From positions 186,001 to 250,000 of the forward strand of contig CDMY01000456.1 of assembly GCA_001179505.1 (NCBI GenBank): 64,000 nucleotides of DNA. The letters are read 5' to 3'. Below are positions 47,363 through 61,844 of this stretch, piece by piece. The translations under genes and the position numbers were made by a program. Each line of letters begins with the position of its first letter. The stretch's first letter is position 1. The notes beneath the pieces were generated by a model. That model saw only the letters and a program-made list of their open reading frames with translations. It was not told where the DNA came from and did not search any database. The DNA is from Vitrella brassicaformis CCMP3155. Lineage: Eukaryota > Protista > Chromerida.

Positions 47363-50300
47363 CCACAGATGCAGGTGATCCAGCCTGAGGATGCCCGCAT
47401 CGACTATGTGGAGATCGAGCTCACAGAGCAGTTCATCTCACGGAGGGACATATGGCACTTCCAGGTGACTATCCAATCAATGCACACACATACCTGCGGA
47501 CACTCACGGCCTCTCATTTCTCTCTCTCTCTCTCTCTCAGCGTGAGCTGCTCAAGGGTCAGCGAGTGCTCTACTGCGGCCTCCCGCCCCCCGTTCGCCGC
47601 CACACCCACTTCAGATTCTCAATCCGTTCGCTGTTCGTCGAAGACAAGAACGGCACCCGAGCCATCCGACACCAGACGACCGTCGCCCCAGCATCGTCCA
47701 CTGCCCCCTTCGAGCACACGCCCTACCCCTACACCATGGCGGGCCACGATTCGACGGTGGGTGTGGACTACTGGGGTCTGAGCCGTGGCGAGAGGGGGTC
47801 TGTCGGGGGCGGGGAGGGATGGCAGGGGGTCGAGGTGGCCACAAGTGAGCAGGCCACGCGGGCGGTGCTCAAGAAACTCAACAGGTGAGAAGTGAGGGAG
47901 GGTTTGGCGGGTGGTCCGCGGTGTGTGTGTATGGTACGTGTGTCTGCGTGTGTAGTGGTTTGGTGAGCGAGCAGACGAAGCTGACGTTCCGGTCCAAGTG
48001 CACCAACATATTCTTCCTCATACAACTCAGCCAAGAGGTGCAGTGGGTGCGTACGTGGGTGGGGTGTCCACTCCATCCATCCATCCATCCGCACTACACG
48101 CACAACCACAACACGTGCACCTCTAACTCTCTCCGTGTCCTCGCGTCCGTCGTGTCTGTCTGTCAGCTGTGGTGGTTTTCCCGCGACGGCTTCCCCTACT
48201 ATATGCGGGTGCTGCAGTTCTTCAAAGACCTCTTCGACCGCTACCGCAGGGGCCAGCAGACACACTACATCACTCTCGTCCTCTTCGGCCGACTGCTGCT
48301 CGAGGGAGGCGAGATTGAGGACAGATATGAGGTCATATGGGAGGGACCCCTGGCCGCCCTGCTGGCGTCCAGTGACGCCATCCTGCGGCGGCTGAGGCGG
48401 GACTTCTTCACCTTTCCCGAGTCCATCGGCTGGCGGGCGCCCTGCTTCAAGTGAGTGGGTGCAGGGAGGCAGGGAGGCAGGCCAGCAGAACCAACAGTCA
48501 GCCGTGTCGTGTGTGTGTGTGTGTGTGTGTGTGCAGGCCTGACGAGAGCGCTCGATGCTGGTCCATGCGGATGGAAGAGAAGTCTTCGCCCCAGCCGACG
48601 GCGGCCGTCAATGGCACCCCTGATGCAGGTGCACGTGTAGATGGGGGGCGAGAGAGTAATGGCTACCATCACCACCACAAGGGTGAGAGGCTGTCGTATG
48701 TGCCGTCTGGTGCCGCCAAGGGCAACACGCTGGAGGCCATCAACCTGGTGCTGGACCACTTTGAGCTGCACCACCTCGACCGCAAGCTGTGGTACACAGG
48801 TAGGTGGAACCGTGCATCGATCGATGGCAGCCCTGCCTTCTCTCATCTCCATCTGTCTCTTCCTCTGTGTGGTCAGGTCAGTCTGTTGTGCTGGTGACGG
48901 CGGGTAGCGGTGTGCTGTACACGCCCGACCATCGGCTGATGGAGCTCACCAAACAGAGACTCAACGACTCCGTACTCGGTAAGTAAACTGCCGACAAGAA
49001 TGCAACGCACTCACATCCATCCATCCATCCGTCCATCCATTGTTCCGTTGTCACACAGCCCCCGATATCGTGAGTGTGCGCGACGAGCCTCTCCACGCCG
49101 TTCCACTGCTCCTGGTCGACCCACCCGTCACCCACCAGCAGCATCACCAGCACCAGCAGCAGCCGCCCTCCTCTCCATCGCCCCCCTCCATCTCCATGTC
49201 CATGGCGTCCATCAACGCCTCATCGGGTGCAGCGGATGAGCCGAGTGAGGGGGAGGGCGTGCGTCGGCCGCTGAGCTTCTTTGCCGGACAGATCCACTTC
49301 GTCAACTGGATGGTCATGCACTTCTACAAGGAGGCACAGGTGAGACACAGAGGGAGGGAGAGAAGGGCACGTGTGCGTGATTGATGGATCGATGCCCGTC
49401 CTCCTTGTGTTCAGGATTGCGACTGTCCTGGGCTCGCGCCGTTCCGTCCGCTGTCGACCTTCTTGCCTCTGGAGCTGCCCTTCCGCCTCCCCCAGGCGGC
49501 CTTCACGGCCTACGTGCCGCCACTCGACCTTTCGCAGCCACACGAACCCACCGCCACACCCACACCCACACCCCCGTGTGAGCCGCAACCATCCGCCGCG
49601 GCAGTCCGCACAGTGGAGAGAAATGTCCCCTCACGGACCCACTCTGTCCGTGGCGACACATCGCCCCCCCTCACGGCCACTCTCGCGCAGAGTGCGGGGC
49701 ATCCGCACTCATCGTCGACGGGCCAGCTGCCCGCCACTCTCGTGAGCAGCGCCGGCAGCAGCAGGGGGTCCAGGCGGCGCATCGACGTCAAGCTCAGCAA
49801 GGCGGACTTCGCGCGTCTGTTTGCTGGGGCTTTCAACCCTTTTGTGAAGCAGGAGGAGGGCGGGGTGAGCGGGAAGGCTCACAGTGTGGGCGGAGTCAGC
49901 CACACGGGCGGCCACTCGGCTGTGCCGTCGGGTGCGGGTACGCCGAAGAGCAGTGTGACGGCTGCCAGTCGTGATGGTGAGGGAGACCATGAGGGCGGCA
50001 AGGAGGCCTTCGGCCACAGAGGGGACGAGAAGATACGCGACATCCAGACGCGGCGCTGGTCACACGTGTATGCGCCCAGCAGGTCAGTGTCTGGATGGGG
50101 AGGGCGGGTGTGCGGCAGACACACAGCAGCAAACTCGATCTGTCTGTGCCAAAACATGTGTGCAGGGAGGGCTCCATGCTGTGGGAGTCGCTGCTGCAGC
50201 CGGCCGTCCTGCCGTGCACAATGGAGTTCTACTGCGCCACCCGAAACGCGCAGTAGTAAGAGAACGGGACACACACACACACACACACACTCATGGTGGA

Positions 50301-53180
50301 TCCCCATCCACCCGCTTATGTGACAGTCACGGCAAGTTCTGGACGGTGACGCCGGTGCTGTTTCTGCTGGAGGGCAGCTCGCTGGCCAGGAAGGACCGCG
50401 GCTTCAGGATGGAGGATGACCCGCTCGAGTGAGCTGCCCCCCGGCTGCTGCCGGCACCCTCGGCCTGTGTCTGCACGTCTGTCTGTGTATCTTCTTGATT
50501 TGCTCAGGTTGACGGTGAATGAGTTGGTGGGCATCCGCTTGGCCATGGACATGCAAGTCAACACCAGACCGGCAAACCTGATCGTGAGCGGCCGACGGAC
50601 GGCGTCAATGGATAAACAGAGGACCAATGCATTGGCCCACGTGTGTGTCGGTGTGGTGTGGTGTGGTGTGTTGTGGTTGGTGTGGTGAATCAATCACATC
50701 AGGTGGCGGAGCCGTACCACGAGCGTTGCGGTCGGCGTGGCCTGGAGAGGGTGCAGATGTCCTTCAACGAGGATGTGCACGAGCTGTCGGTGGTCGACAA
50801 CACCAACATTTTCGTATATAAGGGGGACCGACACATCAGATCAGACACTCCACACACACACACACACACCGCACTCTTCGTCCGTCCCTATCTGTGTGGT
50901 CACTGACAGGTCCAGTGTTTCAACGAGAAGGCCAGCAACAGCAAGGGCAAGCCGCCAAGCGCGAAAGAGGGCAAGCAGCCCCCCAGCAGCGAAGCCCCTA
51001 CCTCACCCTCGCCCTCACCCCATCCCCACCACACCGACAGCCACAGAGATGACGCCGACCACAGCCTTTCGCCGAGCGCGACGCCCCTCAGCCCCCGTGA
51101 TGGTGATGAGGCCTTCCTGTCTCGGTCGCTGCCCGAGGCCGACAGCCTCATGACCCGGGACGGCTCGGCTGTGCCGGATTTCCGGCTGAAGCACTATGAG
51201 AAGAAGCGCACAATCCGGCGGGCATCGATGGGTGGAGACGAGGCCCCCACCAACGATGTGGGTGTTGAGAGGGGCGGCGGCGGTGAGGGGAGGCTGAGTG
51301 GAGACAGCGACGAGGAGGAGCGGAGGCAGAGGGAGCGGGAGCGGCTGGTGTTCCCCTACAGCTACCTCATCCGCCACCGCGGCCCCTTCGGCTGGACCAA
51401 TCCCGACGACCCCGCCACCTGCATCTCAGACGACACACCCGCGCCACCGCCACCAATGCCTTCCGTCTCTGCCTCAATCAGCCGCAGCGGCAGCCAGGCG
51501 CTCTCAGACAATACCGGGGGAGAGCACGACCACGATACCCACGCGGAGCACCCTTTGCTGCCCTTCCCCTCCATCCAGCCGGCCCTCCAGTTCCCCCAGG
51601 GCCGCGGGTGGCGCAGCTGCTCGATTCGCTTCTCGCAGCAGGGCGCCTACCCCTGGAACAACCTGGACCCCATCGTCTGCCTGGCCAAACTGCAGCCGCC
51701 CACTAACAGCATCATGGAGCACGTCAAGGGCTGGGAGCTGCGCATCAGGACCCAGGCATTCGTGCTGGTGCCCAACCGGCTCAGGAGCCACTACGTCGAC
51801 ACCGACAGCACCCCGCTGAGCGACCCTGACAAGGAGCGCGTCAGCACGCTGCTGCGGAGGGAAGACGAGCTGACGGCCGTCGGGTGCGACCCCTTCATCC
51901 ACAGTGACAGTGACGACGTCGACCAGGATCTGGTGGACAGGGCCAGGCAGTTCTTCGCTTCTCTGCAGGAGCTGTGCTTCAAGAACGCCCCGGCGTTCTA
52001 CGACCCGTCGACAATGGGCCTTCACCTGGACTTCTCCCCCCCACCGTCCGGCGGTCTGCAGGGGGTGCACCTACGGTCGCGTCGCGTCTTCACGTGTTGG
52101 TGCGAGGAGACGGTGTGGCACGCCAACGAGCTGGGGGAGGCCATCCACCCGCTGCCGAGCGAGTGGTTCATGTTTCACTACGACGGCCACTTTGCGCCCC
52201 CCCTGCTCTTTCGCTTCACCATCGAGTGGCTCGTCTGCAGCTCCATCTTCATCGCGAAGTTCATGAAACGGCTCCGCAGCCTCGCCACACAGCTCGACTT
52301 CGCCATCGTGCAGCTGCCCATGGCACAGATCTTCCCCGCCAATGAGAGGAAGCGGCCGCCCTTCAATCCCATGTTCACCGCGCAGTACAGGCTGCTCAAC
52401 GGCCACCATGGTGACGAGACGGCCGCTTTGGCGATCGCTCGGAGGCTGCTGTATGCCTTCCTGGACGCGCCGCTGAACATGCTGGTGGTGGCGGGCCGGC
52501 CGGACAGTGTGGTGCATCCGCGGGAAGACGACAAGCCGGGCGAGAGGGTGGAGTATCTGCCCCCGGGGATGGAGGACGGTTGGGTGCTCATGGAACGACA
52601 CGGGCTCTACTTTGTGCATATCACCAGGTGGACGCGCCATCGTGAACGCTGGGTGGCATGGGTGCCTCTGTGTGCGTGTGTGTGTGTGTGTAGGGACAGT
52701 GTGTTGTGGCACAGCACATACCTGCAGTGGAGTTGGGTGGAGAAGGGCACATCACGGCTGAGAGTGGGCGAGGCCGGGGAGGCACCCTGCCACGGTCAGT
52801 GAGTGCGTCAGTGAGCGACAGGCACACACACCACAGCCGACCACACACTATTTTATTGTGCATATGCCATCCACACCACATCCATCGTCTGTGGCTGCCT
52901 GGCTGGCTGATGTCATATATGATGCAGAGATGTCCAATGAGGCCTGGCGCACCACCGTGTCACGCCGCCACTTCTCCTTCTTCACACACGCACTCAGAAA
53001 GGTGAGTGAGATCAGATCGCCCACAGGACAGGACACGCAAATCCATCCATCCATCCATCCCGTGCGGTGTGTGCATCATATGTTCAGCTCAATATCGGTC
53101 TGGCGGAGCGGTCGGTGGATCGGCGAGATGACGCACAAAGCGAGCCGGCGGAGCCCTTTTTCCGGCTGTCTGGGGAGTGA
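46720..53180 (+). CDS. DEPDC5: GATOR1/SEACIT subunit DEPDC5 (IML1/SEA1)
   Basis: IDYVEIELTEQFISRRDIWHF; KLTFRSKCTNIFFLIQLSQE; THYITLVLFGRL; AAKGNTLEAINLVLDHF..HHLDRKL..TG|QSVVLVTAGSGV..LTKQRL; DEPLHAVPLL; C-terminal EWFMFHYDGHF..FRFTIEWLVCSS. Confidence 0.9.
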
Positions 53181-53967
53181 GGGAGGGGTACGGACGCGAC
53201 AAGCGCATGAGTGACGCATGAGGGGGCGATGCGAGGTGACTGAGGGTGGGTGATGCTGCTCGTGGTGGTGTACAGGAGGGCAGTCCTTTCGGCGCCTTGT
53301 TGATCTATCTGTATGCCTGGTGTCCAGTCGATCGCTTCGACGCCGGTGTGGTCGCTGTGTGAGGGCACTCAGAGCAGAGGGCCTCCGCAACTCGGCCTCA
53401 AGGGTGACGGAGCGAGAGAGTGGACGAAGGAGGGCAATTACGAGGGCTGGTGTCTATTGACGGACGAGAGAGTTGTGCAAAGCGACTGAGTTGGTTGGAT
53501 GCGTGTGTGTCTGAGAGAGTGAGAAGGCATTCAAGTTGTGTGATGTGAGCCGTCATGCACCTCCTCCCTCGGTCTGTCGGACAGGCAGTCAAGTCAGGTC
53601 AGGTCAAATCAGGCACACAACGTCTTGAAATCACCATGAATGCCGCACAGCATCCATCCATCCATCCATCCCCGCCACGCACACACAGATGCACACGATT
53701 GCACGTCGCCATTGGCTCAACAAACTCAGTCTGTCTGAAAACCCGGCGGCTGTGAAAAAGTTGGCGGCCACGGTTGCAACCACACGCCACACGAGCAATG
53801 TTCACCACCTTACCCCCACACGACCGACATGGACAGATCAGATGGTATGTATGTCGCCTGCAATCCGGCGATCGCATCGAGTGACACACACATGCAATGC
53901 AATGCAGAAGCTCCCTCCCTCCCTCGTCCCTCGTACGCACCACTAGCGTCGACGAAGGTCTGTCTGT

Positions 53968-55020
53968 CTACTTAGATGTGTACTCGTCGTAGGACTTGAT
54001 CTCGAAAAATGTCTTGCCGTTGCTCTCGCGGTGCCACTTGCGGTGGAGGGAATCCACCAACAGACTCGCCAACTTGATGTCCGTCAGCAGAGGAACTGCA
54101 CAAAACACCAGACAGACAGACGGACATGCAGACCCCTGTGTGCGACGGCATGTGCCCTTTGTCGTGTGTGTGTGTGTGAGTATTGCCCACGTACCTCCCC
54201 TGTCGATTGCGGTTCGCCTGATTTGGAATCCGTCGGTGAGTGCGCGGCTCTCCATCGACTCGGGCACGTTGATCACCATCTCGATCTTTCCCTCCTGCAC
54301 ACACTCACACACGAGATGACAGACAGACCACTGATCCACTGATCCACCGATGCTTGCACGTGGCTGTGCTGTGCTGTGTAGTGTATTGTACCACGATGTA
54401 GGTCTTGGCGTTGGGCTCCTCCCCTGTGGATGGTTTGTGCAGCAGCACCAGCTCCTCCTCGTTCATCGTCAGCCCGTGGCTGTGCAGAAACTCATACGTC
54501 CCCTGCGTGGCGTATATCTTGAACCCCATCAGATTCAGCAGACGCGCATAAGGCAGAAACTCAACCTGACAGACAGACAGACACAGTCACAACCACGCAA
54601 TCACATGCATCGTTCGACTGCCCTCTTAGATGGTTGTCCAGATGGATGGATGTGTGTGTGTGTGACCTTTGAGTGGAGGGGTCCTGTGGAGAGAAGGATG
54701 TTGGACTTGGGCGGCTTGATGCCTGTGGAGGTGAGCGCCTTCATGAACGCCTCGAACTTGGTCGAACCGTAACACGCCACCTGCACACCACACCACACAC
54801 AGGTCAGTCCGACACACACGCACATGTGTTGTGTGTTTGTGGTGTTCCGGCACACGTCATGTCACCTACCTCTCCCGTGCTCCTCATCTCGACACCAAGG
54901 ACAGGGTCGGCCCCCCGCAGCCGCGTGAAGGAGAACATGGGAGCTTTGACCCCGACGTATTCAAGGTCCACCAGGTGGATGTGGGCAGCGCGCCACGGAG
55001 CCCGCACCATTATCCTGCAC

Positions 55021-55069
<49 letters not shown>

Positions 55070-55318
55070 GCATCCATTAATCCACACAGACAGACAGACA
55101 GATCTCTGGGTGCGGTGGCTTACTTACCTGGTGGCTAGTTCGATGAAGTTGGTGTTGAATGTCTTAGAGATGAAGGGGAAGGTGCGCGAGGCGCGCAGGT
55201 TGCACTCGATGACCTTGACCTCGTTCTGCTTGCACATGAACTGGATGTTGAACGGACCCGTGATCAGCAGCGCACGGGCGATCTTCTGCGAGATCTTCTT
55301 GACACGACTGACGAGACA

Positions 55319-55351
<33 letters not shown>

Positions 55352-58300
55352 GGAGAGAGAGATGGATGGACTGCCATCTTGCCGTTGTGCACATGTGTTG
55401 GCTCACCGGATGGTCTCGACATAGAGCTTCTGCGCTGGCAGGACGAGAGTGGCGTCGCCAGAGTGCACACCTGACAGGGCCCGAGGGCACAGGGCAGCCA
55501 ACGTGCTGTGCTGGATGGCCGGATGCAGCTACCCTGTGGATGGGTGGACACAACCCACCTGCATTCTCGACGTGTTCGCTGATGGCGTAGTTGACGATCT
55601 CGCCGTCGGCCGCCACAGCGTCCATCTCAACCTCCTATATGCATCATATAGGCACACACACGCAGCGCATCGCATCGACACACACAGACAGCTTCCGTCT
55701 TTCTCTCTCTCTCTCTCTCTGTGTGTGTGTGGGTGTGTCGATCGCCTCGTGGCCCGGCTCGCCCACCTTTGCGTTTTCGATGTACTTGGAGATGACCACA
55801 GGGTGCTCACGGGACACGACAGCCGCCTCTTGCAGAAAACTGCACACACACACCACACCACACCAGACCACACCAGACAAACGAAGGTGTTTCTCTTGTG
55901 TCTCTCTCTCGCCAGCCTGCCGCACAGACGTACGTACCTCTTGAGGTCCGAGGGGTCTGTGACGACCCTCATCGCCGCGCCAGACAGCACATAGGACGGC
56001 CGCACCAACACCGGAAACTCAACCTGACGTGACATCCATGCCATGCAACACCAGTTCACAACACACCCACACCACACCAACAGTGGCCAGCTAGCTCCCC
56101 CTCTCTCATCTCACCTTCTTGGCGAACTGCAGCGCCTCGTCGAATGTGGTGAAGGCAGACCATGGCGGCTGGTCGACGCCCAGCGAGTCGCACAGCTTGG
56201 AGAACTTGTGCCGGTCCTCGGCGGTGTCGATGGACTCAACTGACGTGCCCAAGATGCGACACTTGTGACGGCGCAGACCTGTTACAACGACGGCAAGGCA
56301 CGTGTGTGTGTGTGTGTGTGCGTGTGCGAGTGCATGGATGAGGTACCGTACCAAGTGCCAGGTTGTTTGGTGTCTGTCCGCCGACGCAGAGAATGATGCC
56401 AAGAGGGTCTTCGAACTCGTAGATGTCCAGCACCGACTCAAGGGAGAGATCCTGACACACACACACACACGCATGGTTCCGGTAGAGGCGGGTGTGGTGT
56501 GGTGCCTGGGCGTCTGTCTAACTGTGCGAGCGAATGCAATGCGTAGGGTACCTCAAAGTAGAGTCGGTCCGACTCGTCGAAGTCTGTGCTGACCGTCTCG
56601 GGGTTGCAATTGACCACTATCGCCTTGTGACCTGCACACGACCATGTGATGTGCACAAACGTCAGGTCACCTTGTGTGTCGTGCCCCCGTCCACCCATCG
56701 CATCCATCCATCTTGTCCCCCACCCCACACACCGAGTTCTCTGAGTGTCTTGACTGCACTCATAGCGCTCCAGTCAAACTCGACAGAGCTGCCGATGCGG
56801 TAGCAGCCGCACCCCAGCACTATCACCGGCTGCTGCTCGGGGCCGCGGATCGTCGACCCAATCCCGCCAGACGACGTCCGCATCAGGCCCATACCTGTGT
56901 GTGGCAGCCGGGCGGGCACACCACTCATCAATCGTCGTGTGTGTGTGTGTGTGTGTTGGATGGGTGTGTCCATCGAGTGCACCAGCCAGCGCACCAGGGA
57001 TGGCAGGTGTCGAGCCCATGGCGGCTTTCGCGTACACGTGCCCGTCGGTGCTCTCCAGCCGCAGCGACATCCGCGCACGGGACCGGGAAGTCGACTCCGT
57101 CAACGTCGCTGTGTCCGCACACAAACCACACACCATTACACACATGTATGCTTGCATCCTCCCCTCCCCTCCCCCTCCCCCTCCGCCTCTCTCTTACGTG
57201 AGTCGCCCCCCAGGCCGTCGCCGAAGTACTGGCCATGTGCTGTCGGCCCGTATGCGTTGCCGTTCATCATCTCGTGTCCGTGGACCCCGTGTCTGTGGAC
57301 CATGGCCTCCTGCGTCTGCTGGGGCGATATCGACAGGTGGTGCCGCATCATGGGGTAGGGGTGGGGGTGGCCGCGGGGGTCTCGCGGCGAGTCGCTGGGC
57401 GGCGTCATGTTGTAGTAGGGGGAGAACGAGGGCGCCGACTCGGCTGTCGGCTCGACGTCGTGCTCGCAGCCTGCACGTAAGACCATCCAGCCGTGTGTGC
57501 GTGTGTGTGTGTGTGGTGACCCCGGGGTCACCTTGGTAGGTTAGGTATAGGTAGTTGGTCTGTGCGGGGAACTCTGCCGCCAGTGTGTCGATCTGCTTCA
57601 CCCACGGCCGCACGTTGAACTCGGTCCTCAGGGCGCGCACCTCCATCTCAGACGCCTCGGGACGAAGCCACGTACCTGCAATCCACACACACACACCACA
57701 CACAACACAAACAGGTAGGATGCGGTGCGTGTGCTGCCTGCCTGTGTGTCTGTGTCTGCCTGTCTGTCTGTCTGTCTGTGTGTCTGTGTGTGCGTACCGA
57801 CCGATTTGTTTGTCAGCGAATCCGATGGTTTTGGCGTGTCGGATGATGTCTGGAGTGAGGTCGCTGATGCTCATGTTGGTCAGGTGCACACGTGTGTCGT
57901 TGATCTGCTTGAGCTTGGCCAGAAACCACCTGTCGATCTTCGTCATCTGCACAACACAGCCGCATGGCATGCCATGCCACCGCACAGATCAGCACAGATC
58001 AGATGGCCTGCTTCTCTGTCTGAGTGTCCGTCTGTGTGTCTGTGTGTCTGTGTGTGCCGATTAAGGAGTGAGTGACCTGGTGGATGCTCTCGACGTCGTA
58101 GCCTTCATCGAACGCCTGAGCGATCGCCCATATTCTGCACACCCACACGCACACACAGACGAAGCAGAGATGGACCGGTGCACATCCACACCAGCCACCC
58201 GCCCTTGCCCACACCAACCTCTTGGGCGACGGGTTTTGGAGCTCTGCGTTGAGCGCCTCTTTGTCGGGAAATACCTCAGTCTTGGGGTCGAACCCGTGAG

Positions 58301-61300
58301 CACTCTCCTCAACCTACACACACACACACACACACACATGGATCGTCCGTCGTAAGTGCGCTTGTGTGTGTGTGTGTGAATCGCACGCACCATTCTGAGT
58401 GCCTTCTGCATGGACTCCTCAAAGGTCCTGCCGATGGCCATCACCTCGCCCACCGACTTCATCGCCGATCCCATCTTGGTGTCAACTAGGCCGAACTTGC
58501 GCAGGTCCCACCTGCACACACACAGACGAGCACACGAGCGCCGACACAGACACACAGACACACAGAGAAACACAATGCGCTTTTTGCCCCTCCGGTATTG
58601 GCTGCTCTCATTCGGCAGCGGGCCGACCTGGGTATCTTGGTGACGACATAGTCGAGGGACGGTTCGAAGCACGCTGTGGTGCTCCGGGTGACGCTGTTGC
58701 GCACCTGCACCAGGTCCTGACCCAGCGCCAACTTGGCCGCCACATACGCCAGGGGGTAGCCTGCACCAGACCCAAGAAAGATACACCCACCACACACAGA
58801 TGGGCGTGTGTGTGGGCGAACAGCGCACCAGTAGCCTTTGAGGCGAGAGCTGACGAGCGTGAGAGCCGCGCGTTGACCTCGACGATGCAGTAGTCTTGGC
58901 TGTAGGGGTCGACGGCATACTGAATGTTGCACTCGCCAACAATCCCAAAATGGCGAATCACCTGACACACCGACCAGAGGGAGGGAGGGAGGGAGGGATG
59001 GCTCTGCTGTGTGCAAAGATGTGTGTGTGTGCGTGTGTGTGCTGCTGTGACCTTGATGGCCGTTTCCCTGAGTTTGTAGTACTCCTTGTTGGATAGCGTC
59101 TGTGAGGGCGCGACGACGATGCTGTCGCCGGTGTGTATGCCGAGGGGGTCGAAGTTCTCCATGTTGCACACGGTGATGCAGTTGTCCTTGCTGTCCCGGA
59201 CCACCTCGTACTCCACCTCCTTCCAACCCTTCAGCGACTTGTCTATCAACACCTGCACACACGCACACATGGACTTCATATATCGTTCGTTGTATGCGCC
59301 AGGCCGCCTGCATGCCATGCCTGGTCGGAGTGTGCGAACGCCTCGTGGACGAGCTTGAGCAGCGCCTTCTCGTCAGCCGCAAAACCTGACCCGAGGCCGC
59401 CAAGTGCAAAAGCCGCCCGCACCAGCACGGGATACCCCAGCCGCTTCGCCGCCACAACCGACTCCTCTATAGAACTGATCGACCAACGACACGCCACGCA
59501 TCTCTCTCTCTCTCTCTTTCTCTCTCCTTCCCCCTCGCCCTCTCCCTCTGTGTGTGTGCTGACTTGGCCGCGAAGGACTCAGCGCATCTCTCTCCAATCT
59601 TCTTGAGCTCCTGTGCGAAGACGTCTCTGTCCTCGGTTTTGATGATCGCGGCGATGGGTGTGCCCAGGACCTTGCAGCCGTACTTTTTGAAGACGCCCTT
59701 CTTGTCCAGCTGCACCGCACAGTTGAGGGCCGTCTGCCCGCCAAAGGTGCAGAGGATGCCATCGGGCCGCTCCTTCTTGATGACCTCCTCGACGAACTGG
59801 GGAGTCACCGGCAGGAAATACACCTGGCAGGCAGGCAGGCACACAGAGACAGAGAAAGTGACTCTCTCTCTCTCTCCCTGTGTGTGTGTGGGCGGGGGGT
59901 GCGTGTGTGTGCGTGTGTGTGTGAGCCCAGCTGGCCTTCTTTCTCGCTCACCCGGTCGGCGAGTCCCTTGGACGTCTGCACAGTGGCGATATTTGGGTTG
60001 ATCAGCACCGAGTAGATGTTGGCCTGCTTGAGCGCCTTGATGCACTGGCTGCCCGAGTAGTCGAACTCGCCCGCCTGACCGATGGACAGGCCGCCCGACC
60101 CCAGGATGAGCACCTTGAGTGTGCTCTGTGGGAAGTGGACGGGCACGGTGGTGACGGGGATCAGCTTGGGGTCCATGACGGCACGCAGAAAGTCGTGGAA
60201 GAGAAACCAGGTGTCAGTGGGGCCGCCGGCTGCCTCAGGGTGGAACTGAACAGAAAACCTGCACACACAAACAAAGATAATAGGGATGGATGGATGACGG
60301 GTGTGTGTGTGTGTGTGCGTCTGTGATATTGGTGTGTACCATGGGTTGCTCCTGTGGATGATGCCTTCGTTGGACTGGTCGTTGGCGTTGATGAAAAACT
60401 GCATCCACTGGGGGGGCAGCGTCTCTGGCACACACACATATGGATGGACACACGCATCGCATAGCATGCCTTGGCCATGCTATCTGTGGTGCGGCCGCAC
60501 ACCATCCCATCCGCCCATCCCGTCAGTCAACCAAACCCACCAGGGTCGACTGCATATCCGTGGTTTTGCGGCGAGATGTAGCATCGTGTGGTGCGCATGT
60601 CAATGACGGGCTGGTTCATGCCGCGGTTGCCGAACTTCATCTTGAAGGTGGACGCCCCCGCCGCCAAGGCCAGCAGCTGGTTGCCCAGGCAGATGCCGAA
60701 GATGGGCAGGCCCCGCTGCATCACCTTCCGGATGTTCTCCACAGTCACCTTGCAGAACGTGGGGTCGCCCGGCCCGTTGGACAGGAACAGCCCGTCCATT
60801 GGCTCGTCACCAAACGGATAGTCCCATGGCACCACCTGCAGTCGGACGCGCTCGTGCCCCTTTCCACTCTCCCGCTCTCTCCCTCTGTCTGTCTCTGTGT
60901 GTGTCTGACCCTGAGGTTGACTCGGTAAGGCATGAAGTGGACAAGGTGTCGGATGATGTTGTGCTTCATGCCGCAGTCGACCCCCACGATCCGCACAGGC
61001 GCCCGGTTGTCGCGCTCACTCACACCATTGGGGGTGCCGTTCGTATCGGGCGGGACGCCGTCCTGCTGCACACACCACACCACACCAGACACACACACGC
61101 ATGCATTGCATGAGTGTTTGGATCCATCAACCCGGGTGTGGTGTGTGATGGCTCGGCTGCATGTGCACCTTACCTGACTTGCCACGGGCTCGCAGAAGTC
61201 GCGGACCTCCTTGTGCGACACCTGCGCCACGAGGTTGGTCTCATTGGGGTTGACCCAGGCGATGCACTCGGGGTTGTCGACATCGTCGCCGATCAGCAGC

Positions 61301-61788
61301 TTGCCCAGCATGGATCCCTTCTCGCGTATGTGTTTGGTCAGCGCCCTGGTGTCGACCCCCGCGATGCCCGGCACCCGCTGCTCCTGCAGCCACTCGGCCA
61401 GCGTCCGCTTGGCCGTGTAGTGGGACACGCTGAACGAGTAGTCGGCCACTATCAGAGCTGTCACATGAATGCGATCTCCCTCAAAGTGCTTGGGCAGGCC
61501 GAAGTCGTCCTTCTCGTCATCGGGGACGCCGTAGTTGCCCACCAGAGGGTAGGTGAGCACCAGCAGCTGCCCCGCGTAGGATGGATCAGTGAGGGACTCG
61601 GGGTAGCCGACCATGCCCGTGTTGAAGACCACCTCGCCGGCCACCGACTTGTCATAGCCGAACGAGTAGCCCGTGAACTCCTTCTTGTCTTCGAGGACCA
61701 GCCTGGCGGGCTTGAGGGACACCTCCTCGCCCTCGCTGCCCAGCAGGTGCCGGAAGTAGTGATCTGTTAGCGACTTCCGCACTATCAT
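53968..61788 (-). CDS. CPSII: Carbamoyl-phosphate synthetase II (fused glutaminase + synthetase subunits), many introns
   Basis: [142 protein letters not shown]-like end ...[10 protein letters not shown]. Confidence 0.95.
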
Positions 61789-61844
61789 GATATATGAGTC
61801 ACTCCTGGGCTCCCTCTGCACAATCAAGTCAAGATCTGATGCTT

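Noticed and set aside
51150-52802. 550-aa ORF as a separate gene
   Set aside because: It contains DEPDC5 C-terminal motifs and is a large internal exon of that gene.
53968-61788. Trifunctional CAD
   Set aside because: Translation ends after the MGS-like domain; no dihydroorotase or ATCase motifs follow.
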